Shown here piece after piece: positions 1 to 8,218 of a stretch of 39,459 nt of DNA. How positions within the stretch are numbered: position 1 is the first letter of the stretch; each line of letters opens with the position of its first letter. The DNA comes from an uncultured Gammaproteobacteria bacterium (GTDB lineage Bacteria > Patescibacteriota > Patescibacteriia > UBA2591 > UBA6264), in assembly GCA_964642485.1 (NCBI GenBank), contig CAZXPA010000001.1, positions 1 through 39,459 on the forward strand, given 5' to 3'. A program made the translations under genes and the position numbers. The notes under the pieces are model-generated. The model was not told where the DNA came from and ran no database searches. It saw only the letters and a list, made by a program, of their open reading frames with translations.

Positions 1-28
1 GAATATTTAGAGTATTACCAACAACAAT

Positions 29-889
29 ATGGTAAAAGAAAAAAGTAAAAAGATTTTACAAAAAATAGTTATTGGTTTTATTGCCCTAGCGGTGATTTTC
101 GTTTTTGATTTTTGGTTATTCAGCCCAAGAGAATTTTCAACCCTATCAACCACTTATCAAGAAAATCAAGAACCCGATTATCAGGAACCAGCCTCAATTG
201 AGGACCCTACCGTTGAGAGTACTGTTGAGACAGAGGAAGAGGAGGTTATTGAAGAAGAAGAATCTTTTCTTGCAGAAATAAAGCCAGCGGTTAATTTGTC
301 CGTCCCCTTTGCTATTCAGGCTCCTTTGGCTGAGTGGGATGATTTACATAATGAGGCTTGCGAAGAGGCAGTTCTGATTATTGCTAAGTATTGGTTAAAT
401 AATCAGGAGTTAACCACCGCCAAAGCTGAACAAGAAATTTTAGATTCAGTTAAATGGCAGGAAGAAAACTGGGGCGGTCATTATGATTTAAATGTGGCTG
501 AGACAGTCAGGTTAGCTAATCAATATTTTAATATAGAGAAAATATATTACACTTCGGTTAAAAGTCTTAATGATATAAAATATCAGTTGAGTCAAGGAAA
601 TTTAGTCATTACTCCCATGGCCGGCCGGATGTTAGATAACCCTTATTACCGCCAACCAGGCCCAGTCTATCATATGTTAGTGGTTAAAGGTTATAATGAA
701 GAAGAAATTATTACTAATGACCCGGGAACCCGTCGGGGGGCTGATTTTTCTTATTTAAATGATGTTTTTTTAAGGTCAATTCATGACTGGCCCTTTTCTT
801 TAAAAGAAAAACAGGATCTTTCCAAAGATGAAAAAGCTCAAGAGATTTTAAAAGGCGAAAAAATGATGATTGTGGTTGAAAAAGAGTAG
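29..889 (+). CDS. Membrane-anchored C39-like (papain-fold) peptidase domain protein
   Basis: 286-aa ORF with an N-terminal TM helix (IVIGFIALAVIFVFDFWLF) and an acidic E-rich linker. VPFAIQAP..W..HNEACEEAVLIIAKYW resembles the Q...C catalytic region of Peptidase_C39_2-type domains. HMLVVKGY...ITNDPG supplies candidate His/Asp residues. Confidence 0.55.
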   Translation: MVKEKSKKILQKIVIGFIALAVIFVFDFWLFSPREFSTLSTTYQENQEPDYQEPASIEDPTVESTVETEEEEVIEEEESFLAEIKPAVNLSVPFAIQAPLAEWDDLHNEACEEAVLIIAKYWLNNQELTTAKAEQEILDSVKWQEENWGGHYDLNVAETVRLANQYFNIEKIYYTSVKSLNDIKYQLSQGNLVITPMAGRMLDNPYYRQPGPVYHMLVVKGYNEEEIITNDPGTRRGADFSYLNDVFLRSIHDWPFSLKEKQDLSKDEKAQEILKGEKMMIVVEKE

Positions 890-953
890 TACTGGAATTT
901 ATTGTGTTTCTGGTTGGAGCCCGAATCCTATTAAAAAATTATTCTAGGTTCAT

Positions 954-977
954 ATGTTCAACCCCGGGGTTGAACAT
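954..977. repeat. 24-nt perfect palindrome, left copy
   Basis: ATGTTCAACCCCGGGGTTGAACAT read directly. It has a GC-only core in an AT-rich context. Confidence 0.9.
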
Positions 978-984
978 TAAATTT

Positions 985-1716
985 ATGCCATATAGAGAAG
1001 AAGTATTTGAAGAGGATAGACCGTTTCACATTTTATCTCATGCTGTAGAGAATATTTTTAACAACGAAGCAACCCGTTGTAGATTTATTTTTCAGCTTTA
1101 CGCCGCCAATATAGGTAGGCCGGTTTCGAATTTATGTAGAACAGATATAGTAAAGGCAGCCCATGATTTATTAAAAGGTAATACCGCCGTAGTGTCAAAA
1201 TTAGTAGTTGAAGAACATCCCCCACTTGTTCATATTTTAGATTTTTCCTTAATAGTAAATCACTATCATCTATATTTGGTTTCCAATATAGAGAATGGAA
1301 TTCTAATTTATATCCAGAGACTAAATATGGCATTTGCAAAATATTTTAATTTAAAATATAAGCGCAACACACCCTTGTTTAAGGATCGCTATAAAAGTAT
1401 TCTAGTAAAGACGGAGAAGCAATCATTTGTATTGACTCGTTATATTAATGTAATCAATCCTTTAGACGTTTACCAGCCAGGTTGGAGAAAAAATGGCCTG
1501 GAAGATAGAAGTAAAGCTTTTGAATTTTTAAAAACCTATCAATTCTCGAGTTTTCCTGACAAGATAGGAGAAAGGAGATCTAAGCTTTTAGCTCCTAAAG
1601 ATGTTTTAGAAATATATCTCCCCGGACAGGTCGGGCGAGAAATTGATTATATTCAGTTCGTAAATGATTTCTTAGAAGAAAGGTTGGTTAATTTTCAAAA
1701 TCTTTTTTTAGAATAG
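985..1716 (+). CDS. RAYT/IS200-like HUH Y1 tyrosine transposase
   Basis: HUH motif in VNHYHLYLV and a catalytic-Tyr helix motif RYINVINP (compare YIxxNP in REP-associated tyrosine transposases). The ORF-track GTG start at 904 would translate through the upstream palindrome, so the in-frame ATG at 985 (MPYREE) is preferred. Confidence 0.6.
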   Translation: MPYREEVFEEDRPFHILSHAVENIFNNEATRCRFIFQLYAANIGRPVSNLCRTDIVKAAHDLLKGNTAVVSKLVVEEHPPLVHILDFSLIVNHYHLYLVSNIENGILIYIQRLNMAFAKYFNLKYKRNTPLFKDRYKSILVKTEKQSFVLTRYINVINPLDVYQPGWRKNGLEDRSKAFEFLKTYQFSSFPDKIGERRSKLLAPKDVLEIYLPGQVGREIDYIQFVNDFLEERLVNFQNLFLE

Positions 1717-1750
1717 AACATGACAGAACATGTTCAAAGAACATGTTCAA
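1715..1750 (+). repeat. Reiterated half-arm AGAACATG(TTCAA) x3 abutting the right palindrome
   Basis: AGAACATGAC at 1715-1724 overlaps the TAG stop. AGAACATGTTCAA follows at 1725-1737 and again at 1738-1750, the last copy running into the palindrome. Confidence 0.8.
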
Positions 1751-1768
1751 CCCCGGGGTTGAACATGT
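1741..1768. repeat. 28-nt perfect palindrome, right copy
   Basis: ACATGTTCAACCCCGGGGTTGAACATGT read directly. The inner 24 nt are identical to 954-977. Confidence 0.9.
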
Positions 1769-1811
1769 GAGTATTACTTATATACTTACCTTGAACAGCT
1801 ATTATTAATTT

Positions 1812-2486
1812 ATGAAAAAAATATATTTTATATTATTTTTAATAATAATTGCTTTAGTATTTTTCTTTTTGTCAAAAAATTATCAGCAAAAAGACAATTC
1901 TAATGTTCCGCAAATTAATCAACTCGGAGTCTTAGATATTAATCAGGAAGAAGAGAATTTATCAAATATCAGAACTCTAAACAACCTACAACCTCCATTA
2001 GATAAAGCAGGCGAAAGAGTAAGTAAGAAGAAATTTGGAGTTTATATCACACCACAAAATTCTCCTATCCAGCCAGAAAGATTTAAAGGTTTTCATACTG
2101 GTGTTGATTTTGAAGTTTTCTCTGAAGAATTAAATACAGAAGTATCAGTATATGCGATATGTTCAGGGAAAATAAAATTAAAGCAATATGTAAGTGGATA
2201 CGGCGGTATAGCGGCTCAGACTTGTGAATTAAACAAAGAGCCAATAACTATAATATATGGACACTTAGAACTATCTAGTATTACTGTTAATATTGACGAA
2301 AATATAGAAACTGGAGAGAGGATTGGGATTTTGGGGGCCGATAAAAGCCAAGAAACAGATTATGAACGTAAGCATTTGCATTTGGGTATTTATAAAGGAA
2401 TGGAACTTAATATCAAAGGATATGTTGGTTCTCAATCAGAGCTTTTAAATTGGATAGATCCATGTCTTTATATATGTCATAACTAA
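1812..2486 (+). CDS. M23/LytM-family metallopeptidase, membrane-anchored
   Basis: N-terminal TM/signal segment. FKGFHTGVDF (HxxxD) and KHLHLGIY (HxH) are the M23 zinc-binding motifs. Confidence 0.8.
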   Translation: MKKIYFILFLIIIALVFFFLSKNYQQKDNSNVPQINQLGVLDINQEEENLSNIRTLNNLQPPLDKAGERVSKKKFGVYITPQNSPIQPERFKGFHTGVDFEVFSEELNTEVSVYAICSGKIKLKQYVSGYGGIAAQTCELNKEPITIIYGHLELSSITVNIDENIETGERIGILGADKSQETDYERKHLHLGIYKGMELNIKGYVGSQSELLNWIDPCLYICHN

Positions 2487-2654
2487 ATTTTTGATTAGTT
2501 TAATCCATCAAACAGGTTCTAACTACGTCCGCCCTGGGGAGCTTTTGGCCAAAAGGAGAGGCAATTCCTCGCTTTTTAGGTTGAATAAATATAAAAATTT
2601 GCTACAATTGATTAAAGCTTAGTACTTATTTTAGTGTAATTCATTTAATGAGTG

Positions 2655-2879
2655 ATGTCGAATATGGTTAAAAAAGATAATCTAAACATAGATGCTTTTA
2701 TGACTAAAAGTGGAAAGAATTACCGGCGGGCCAAATTAATAGATAAGAGCTTTGTTTCAAAATATTTTAAAGGGTTAGGGTTTGAGGTTCTTGAGGTAGA
2801 ACAATTATGGCGTCATATACACGGAAAATTGAGAAAGAACAATAAGGTATACTTTTTGAAAATGGCCTCTACAGAGTAA
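2655..2879 (+). CDS. Small hypothetical protein; possibly the N-lobe remnant of a kinase-like protein
   Basis: 74-aa ORF from the ATG at 2655 (the track gives GTG at 2652). The ending KVYFLKMASTE weakly resembles the beta3-Lys region of APH-type kinases. There is no downstream catalytic part, so this is a weak call. Confidence 0.25.
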   Translation: MSNMVKKDNLNIDAFMTKSGKNYRRAKLIDKSFVSKYFKGLGFEVLEVEQLWRHIHGKLRKNNKVYFLKMASTE

Positions 2880-3091
2880 ATAGGGGACGGTTCTCAAAAT
2901 GAAGCTAATTTGACGAAAACAGGACACAGCGCAATGAAGTAAACCTACTAAGAAGTAATGATCTTGAAGGTAAATTCATTCTCTAATACCCTCAAACAGG
3001 TTCGAGCCCACCTTTGCTAAACCTGTCCGTCCGGAAGGCGGGGCTACGGTGGATATAGCATCGTTCCACTTGGGGATCCACGACTAAAAAA

Positions 3092-3112
3092 CGAGGCAAA
3101 ACCTCGCTTTTT
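3092..3112. terminator. Bidirectional intrinsic terminator between convergent transcripts
   Basis: AAAAAA-CGAGG-CAAAA-CCTCG-CTTTTT. A 5-bp GC stem is flanked by an A-run and a T-run, so each strand sees hairpin plus U-tract. It lies about 25 nt past the PBP stop (3134, minus strand). Confidence 0.6.
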
Positions 3113-3133
3113 ATTATTATCTTACCTGTCTTT

Positions 3134-6061
3134 TTATTTTACCTCAATCTGGGATTCTTCACCAATAAGAGTTTTATTATTAATATCAATTATCTCTGGC
3201 CATAATTTATATCTTCCTTTATCAGTCATATTCCAGGTTAAATCAATTTTGCCGCTGGTTTCTGGGCTGAAAATAGTGCCAAGTAAAGAAATTTGTAAAG
3301 AGGTTAGATCTTGAACAAAAAATCTAACCATTTTAATTTTTACTACGGGAGCCAGAATAGAAAGAGTTAAAGGAAAATCTCTTTGTTGAATAATCCAGTT
3401 ATCTTTAGGGGTTAACCAGGCAATTTTTTGTTCAAACATTTGAGTGGTGATAACCCAGACTTCTTGGCTTTTGCTGTTTTCAATGTCATCAGAGGCTGTA
3501 ACCTTGACTTTATGTTCTCCTAAATCTAGGCCGGCGAAATTAAGAACACATTCATATGACCCTGCTAAAGATTTATCTGTAACAGGGTATGATGAGGCCT
3601 GTTTTTTTACTAAGATTATATCTAAGGGAATATTATCAACAGCACAAACTATTTTGCTGATTCCCCGAGGAGCTGTTGTCTTTAATTTTAATTCTAATAT
3701 TTGTTCATTAATTACAGATCCATTTTGAGGAAAAACAATACTTAAGCTTGGCTGGTTAGCCGGGATGTGGAGGTCATCGTATTCGGTTGGTGGTAATTCA
3801 AAAATAGTTTCAGTTCTTTCCTCTTCTGGTTTGGAAGCTAAATCTTGGAGCCAATTTTTGATTCCTTCATGCCAATAATCATATTGAGGATCAGTAGTTG
3901 GGTTTTCTGGGGCAGCTCCTTGGGGATTATTTTTGTCTAAATAATAAAGAATGGGGTAGTATTTTTTAAAGGTTTTTTCAGTCATATAAGATTCAGGAGT
4001 TAAATCAGTGGCTAATTTACCAGATGCTTTATCAATCTGTAAAGTAATCTCGCCTGGCATTTCTCCCCTGAGAATTGATTTAACAACCTCAGTTGGTTCT
4101 GGGGGGGTAAATTTTTTCGCTGGAGTTTTAGCTAAAGCTTTTGACATAAATTCGTGCCAGATTGGAGCGGCGACATTAGCTCCGCTAGCTTTTTCAGCCA
4201 TGGCTTCATTACGGCTATTACCAACCCAAACCCCAGTTACTAAATCAGGGGTATAACCAATTGTCCAGGCATCACGAAAGTCATTAGTAGTTCCTGTTTT
4301 AGCCGCTACTGGTCGATCAGGCAAGGTTAAAGAATTTTCTTCACCAAACATAAAGGCTCGGGACTGATTGTCAGAGAGGATATCATTGATTAAGTAAGTG
4401 ATTTGAGGAGTAATTACTTCTTGGGGAAGAGAGAGTTCAGGTGTGTTTTCTTCAAGAATTTTTCCCTGGCCATCTTCCACTTTAAGGATGCAGACCGTAG
4501 GAATTTTTTTACCTTCACGGGCAAAAATTCCAAAAGTTGCGGTATGTTCTAAAAGTTTAACTTCTCCTCCACCCAAGACCAGAGATAGACCATAGCGACT
4601 TCTATCAGCTAAGGTGGTATAGCCCATTCTTTGAGCTAAATTTAAAGCCCTGTCTAAGCCGGTTAAATAAAGTGTTTTAACTCCAGGAACATTTAAAGAG
4701 CCGGCTAAAGCCTGACGCATTGTTACTGGCCCCCGAAATTTTTCATCATAGTTTTGGGGAATATAGTCTTCTCTTTTGGGTCCGGCTGGGCCAAAATTTG
4801 TTTCAACGTCAAAAAGGACTGTTTCAGGAGTAAATCCTTTTTCAAAAGCGGCGGCATAAACAACTGGCTTGAAAGAAGAACCAGGTTGACGTGGTCGCGT
4901 AGTAACATTAACCTGTCCGTCAATTGATTCGTCAAAAAAATCTTTTGAGCCAACCATGGCAAGAATTTGTCCTGTTTTAACATCCAGGCTAACTAAAGCG
5001 GCATTGGTTGCTTTAAAAATTTCTTCGTTTTTTTCTGACTGATTAGCAATTGCCTGTTCAGCAATTTTTTGTTTGGTGATATCAAGCGTGGTAATAACTT
5101 TAAGGCCGCCTTGTTCAACTAAACGTTGTCCATATTTTTCAGTTAAAAGCCCCTTTATATACATGATAAAATGGGGAGCAGTGATATTTTCATAACGCGG
5201 AGTGATTTTTTCTAAACTATTTATTTTCTTTGTTTGATCAGCCAGTTCCTGAGTAATTTGTCCTTTTTCTGCCATTATATTTAAAATATAGTTTCTTCGA
5301 GCAATTAATTCTTCTTGATGATTACCTCGGGGAGAATAATAGGTAGGAGCTTTAGCCATGGCCGCCAGAAGAGCGCATTCGTCCAGAGTTAAATCCCGAA
5401 CAGACTTTCCAAAATAGATTTGACTAGCAGCTTCTGCGCCATAAGCGGTTGACCCATAAGGGATTTCATTAAAGTACATTTGCAAGATTTCTTGTTTTGA
5501 AAATCTTTTTTCCATTTGATAAGCTAAGAGAAGTTCCTTTATTTTTCGCTGATAGGTTTTTTGTGGTGTCAGGAAAGCATTTTTAATAAATTGTTGAGTT
5601 AAGGTCGAGGCCCCCTGAACCTTTCCTCCTTGTAAAATATCAACGATTAAAGCCCGAATAATAGCTTTAAAGTCAAAACCAGGGTGTTGGAAAAAATCTT
5701 GGTCTTCAGCTGCTAGGGTAGCGTTAATTAAGTTCTGGGGCACATCATCAAGTTTAATCAGGGTTCTTCTTTGTTCAGCAAATATTTCATAAAGGACCGC
5801 TTTGCCAGTGTGGTCATAAATTTTTGTGCTTTGGGCAATTTTCCTTTCTAAAAGTTTTTCTGGATGTGGCAGATTATAGTTTAACCAGGTTAGTGTCCCA
5901 ATTATTAGCACACCAACTAATAAGACGAGAAGAATTAAGGTAAGTAAAAGTTTCCGAACTAAATGCTTTTTTTTCTTTTTAGTTCGCTTTGACTTTTTTT
6001 GGCCAATTGGCCGACTCTGCCAAGTTGATTTCTTTTTTCGTTTTTTACCTTTAGTGGGCAT
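3134..6061 (-). CDS. Class A penicillin-binding protein (bifunctional transglycosylase/transpeptidase) with a long C-terminal extension
   Basis: GT51 motifs EDQDFFQHPGFD, GASTLTQQ and RKIKE. Transpeptidase motifs SSFKP (SxxK), SLN (SxN) and KTGTT. ATG at 6061 (MPTKGKKRKKK, then a TM helix) is preferred over the track TTG at 6100. Confidence 0.9.
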   Translation of the reverse strand: MPTKGKKRKKKSTWQSRPIGQKKSKRTKKKKKHLVRKLLLTLILLVLLVGVLIIGTLTWLNYNLPHPEKLLERKIAQSTKIYDHTGKAVLYEIFAEQRRTLIKLDDVPQNLINATLAAEDQDFFQHPGFDFKAIIRALIVDILQGGKVQGASTLTQQFIKNAFLTPQKTYQRKIKELLLAYQMEKRFSKQEILQMYFNEIPYGSTAYGAEAASQIYFGKSVRDLTLDECALLAAMAKAPTYYSPRGNHQEELIARRNYILNIMAEKGQITQELADQTKKINSLEKITPRYENITAPHFIMYIKGLLTEKYGQRLVEQGGLKVITTLDITKQKIAEQAIANQSEKNEEIFKATNAALVSLDVKTGQILAMVGSKDFFDESIDGQVNVTTRPRQPGSSFKPVVYAAAFEKGFTPETVLFDVETNFGPAGPKREDYIPQNYDEKFRGPVTMRQALAGSLNVPGVKTLYLTGLDRALNLAQRMGYTTLADRSRYGLSLVLGGGEVKLLEHTATFGIFAREGKKIPTVCILKVEDGQGKILEENTPELSLPQEVITPQITYLINDILSDNQSRAFMFGEENSLTLPDRPVAAKTGTTNDFRDAWTIGYTPDLVTGVWVGNSRNEAMAEKASGANVAAPIWHEFMSKALAKTPAKKFTPPEPTEVVKSILRGEMPGEITLQIDKASGKLATDLTPESYMTEKTFKKYYPILYYLDKNNPQGAAPENPTTDPQYDYWHEGIKNWLQDLASKPEEERTETIFELPPTEYDDLHIPANQPSLSIVFPQNGSVINEQILELKLKTTAPRGISKIVCAVDNIPLDIILVKKQASSYPVTDKSLAGSYECVLNFAGLDLGEHKVKVTASDDIENSKSQEVWVITTQMFEQKIAWLTPKDNWIIQQRDFPLTLSILAPVVKIKMVRFFVQDLTSLQISLLGTIFSPETSGKIDLTWNMTDKGRYKLWPEIIDINNKTLIGEESQIEVK

Positions 6062-6141
6062 AGATAGGGATATTTTAACAGAAATAAGCAAAACCTTCAA
6101 TGGATACTTGATTTTTTATTTTTTTCTATTAAACTAAAGAT

Positions 6142-7335
6142 ATGGAAATTAATAAAGAAAAGATAGAGCAAATTCTTTCCCGAAATGTAGAAAAAGTAAT
6201 TGAGGCCAGGAATTTAGAAAAACGGCTTTTAAGGGGTGGCAAATTAAGGATTAAACACGGGATTGATCCAACTGGGCCACAAATCCATCTTGGCCGGGCC
6301 GTTGTCCTTTGGAAGCTTAAAGAATTCCAGGACTTAGGGCATAAAATAGTTCTGATTTTAGGCGACTATACTGCTCAGATTGGCGACCCATCTGATAAGC
6401 TTCATAAGCGGCCTTTTCTTTCTGAGAAACAGGTAAAAGAAAATTTAAGAAAATATCAGCAACAGATTGGTCGGATTTTAGATTCAAAAAAGATTGAATG
6501 GCGCAAGAACAGTGAATGGCTGAGCAGACTAAGTCCTCGTCAGCTAGATGAGTTAGCTGATTTGTTTAGTATTCAACAAATGGTTGCTAGAAGAAATTTT
6601 AAAGTTCGTTGGAACAATCAGGAGGAGATTTCTTTAAGAGAGCTGCATTATCCTTTGTATCAGGGCTATGATTCAGTAGTGATTAAAGCCGATGTAGAAG
6701 TTGGCGGAAACGATCAGTTATTTAATTTATTGGCTGGCCGAAAAATACAGCAAGCTTATAAGCAAAAACCCCAAGATATTCTAATTGTAGAAATGTTAGA
6801 AGGTCTTGATAGAGAAAAAATGAGCACTACTAGAGGTAATGTGATAAATATTAATGATTCATCTCAAGACCAATATGGGAAAATAATGTCAATGCATGAT
6901 GATTTGATTATTAAATATTTTAAACTCTGCACTTTACTTAAGAAAAAAGAAGTTGAGGGTATGGCCGGGCAAATGAAAAAGGGGGCTAATCCGCGTGATT
7001 TTAAAGCTAAATTGGCTTATGAAATTGTTAAATTATACCATGGAGAAAAGCAAGCCCAAAAAGCAGCAAAAGAATTTGATCGGATTTTTAAAGAGAGAAA
7101 GACCCCAAAAAATGTTCCAATTTTTAAAACAAAGAGTGAAAAGGATAAACTAATTAATTTTTTAAGCAAAAGCAAGTTGGTTTCTAGTAAAGGTGAGGCC
7201 AGAAGATTAATTGAACAAAGGGCGGTGGAAATAGATGGTCAAATAATTGACGATTGGCGTTACGAATTAAAACCAAAGACTGGAATGATTATTAAAGTAG
7301 GGAAAAGAAGATTTCTAAAAATAGAAAGCAATTAA
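6142..7335 (+). CDS. tyrS: Tyrosyl-tRNA synthetase
   Basis: GIDPTGPQIHLGRAV (HIGH-type motif), GDYTAQIGDPSDK, KMSTT (KMSKS-type motif), and a C-terminal S4-like motif GEARRLIEQRAVEIDG. Confidence 0.88.
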   Translation: MEINKEKIEQILSRNVEKVIEARNLEKRLLRGGKLRIKHGIDPTGPQIHLGRAVVLWKLKEFQDLGHKIVLILGDYTAQIGDPSDKLHKRPFLSEKQVKENLRKYQQQIGRILDSKKIEWRKNSEWLSRLSPRQLDELADLFSIQQMVARRNFKVRWNNQEEISLRELHYPLYQGYDSVVIKADVEVGGNDQLFNLLAGRKIQQAYKQKPQDILIVEMLEGLDREKMSTTRGNVININDSSQDQYGKIMSMHDDLIIKYFKLCTLLKKKEVEGMAGQMKKGANPRDFKAKLAYEIVKLYHGEKQAQKAAKEFDRIFKERKTPKNVPIFKTKSEKDKLINFLSKSKLVSSKGEARRLIEQRAVEIDGQIIDDWRYELKPKTGMIIKVGKRRFLKIESN

Positions 7336-7351
7336 TTAATTTTTAATTTTT

Positions 7352-8209
7352 ATGATTACTAAAGCAATCATTCCCGTAGCCGGGCTGGGAACTAGGTTTT
7401 TGCCAGCCACTAAAGCTCAGGCAAAAGAAATGTTGCCTTTGGTTGATAGGCCGGTTATTCAGTATGTTGTCGAAGAAGCTGTGGCTTCAGGCATAAAGCA
7501 GATTTTTTTAATTACTAGTCATACCAAGCGGGCAGTTGAGGATCACTTTGATTATAATTTTGAATTAGAATATCGTCTTCGTCAGGCTGGCAAGAAAAAA
7601 GCTTTAAAAACTGTTCACCAGATTCATAAATTAGCCAAATTCATTATCATTCGTCAAAGAGAACCAAAGGGAAACGGTGATGCGATTCTTTGTGCCAAAG
7701 AATTTGTCAAAAACGAACCTTGCGCTGTACTTTTTGGTGATGATGTAATAGATAGTAGAAAACCTTGCTTGGCTCAATTAATTAAAGTTTTTGAAAAATA
7801 CGGTGATCCAGTTATTGCTGTTAAGAGGGTGAGGAAAAAAGAAATTCAGCACTTTGGTTCGGTTAAAGTGGTTGGGCTTGAGAAAAACGTTTATCAAGTC
7901 CAGAAAATTGTTGAAAAGCCTAAACCAGAGAGAGCTCCTTCTAATCTAGGCATAGTTGGTCGATATATTATTACTCCAGAGTTACTTCAAAAATTAGCTT
8001 TAGTCCGCCCTGGAAAAGGGAAAGAAATTTTGCTTACTGATGCCTTTAAGGATTTACTTAAGAGAAGACCAGTCTACGCTTGCGAATTTGAGGGAGATTG
8101 GTATACTTTTGGCAGTAAGCAGAATTTTTTACAAGCTAATATAGTTTTTGGTCTTAAAGATAAAGAGATTAGAAGAGGATTAAAGAGATTTTTGGAAAAG
8201 ATAAAATAA
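7352..8209 (+). CDS. galU: UTP--glucose-1-phosphate uridylyltransferase
   Basis: AIIPVAGLGTRFLPATKAQAKEMLPLVDRPVIQYVVEEA is the canonical GalU N-terminus. The length is 285 aa. Confidence 0.9.
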   Translation: MITKAIIPVAGLGTRFLPATKAQAKEMLPLVDRPVIQYVVEEAVASGIKQIFLITSHTKRAVEDHFDYNFELEYRLRQAGKKKALKTVHQIHKLAKFIIIRQREPKGNGDAILCAKEFVKNEPCAVLFGDDVIDSRKPCLAQLIKVFEKYGDPVIAVKRVRKKEIQHFGSVKVVGLEKNVYQVQKIVEKPKPERAPSNLGIVGRYIITPELLQKLALVRPGKGKEILLTDAFKDLLKRRPVYACEFEGDWYTFGSKQNFLQANIVFGLKDKEIRRGLKRFLEKIK

Positions 8210-8218
8210 TATTTTGTT

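Larger units (their letters stand above)
954..1768 (+). mobile_element. Candidate REPtron/IS200-like unit: Y1 transposase gene bracketed by identical palindromes
   Basis: The perfect 24-nt palindrome ATGTTCAACCCCGGGGTTGAACAT occurs at 954-977, 8 nt before the ATG. It occurs again at 1743-1766 (perfect 28-nt palindrome over 1741-1768), 27 nt after the stop. Confidence 0.45.

Noticed and set aside
904-984. N-terminal extensions in the ORF track: GTG at 904, TTG at 6100, 14541, 18630, TTG at 29758 and TTG at 33076.
   Set aside because: Each extension translates a palindrome or an 8-bp repeat array, overlaps a divergent gene, or uses a non-ATG codon. In every case an in-frame ATG gives a conventional N-terminus.
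2999-3012. tRNA-like T-loop GGTTCGAGCCC.
   Set aside because: The flanking bases do not form a 5-bp T-stem (only 2 pairs form). No acceptor, D or anticodon arms could be drawn. At most it is a tRNA 3'-end remnant.
2880-3085. Possible tmRNA (GGGGACGG at 2883), SRP RNA (GTCCGGAAGG at 3035-3044) or TPP riboswitch (CACCTTTGCTAAACCTG).
   Set aside because: For tmRNA there is no complementary 3' acceptor strand, T-arm or CCA context, and the region is too short. For SRP RNA the conserved AGCA side of helix 8 is absent after the GGAA loop. For a TPP riboswitch the CUGAGA element and P1 are missing and no gene lies downstream. These are resemblances only; an Infernal scan would settle it.
3444-4983. 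ORFs 3444-3728 (+), 4008-4256 (+) and 4723-4983 (-, wrong frame) inside the PBP gene.
   Set aside because: They are fully embedded in a CDS with unambiguous GT51 and transpeptidase motifs, and I recognised no motifs of their own.
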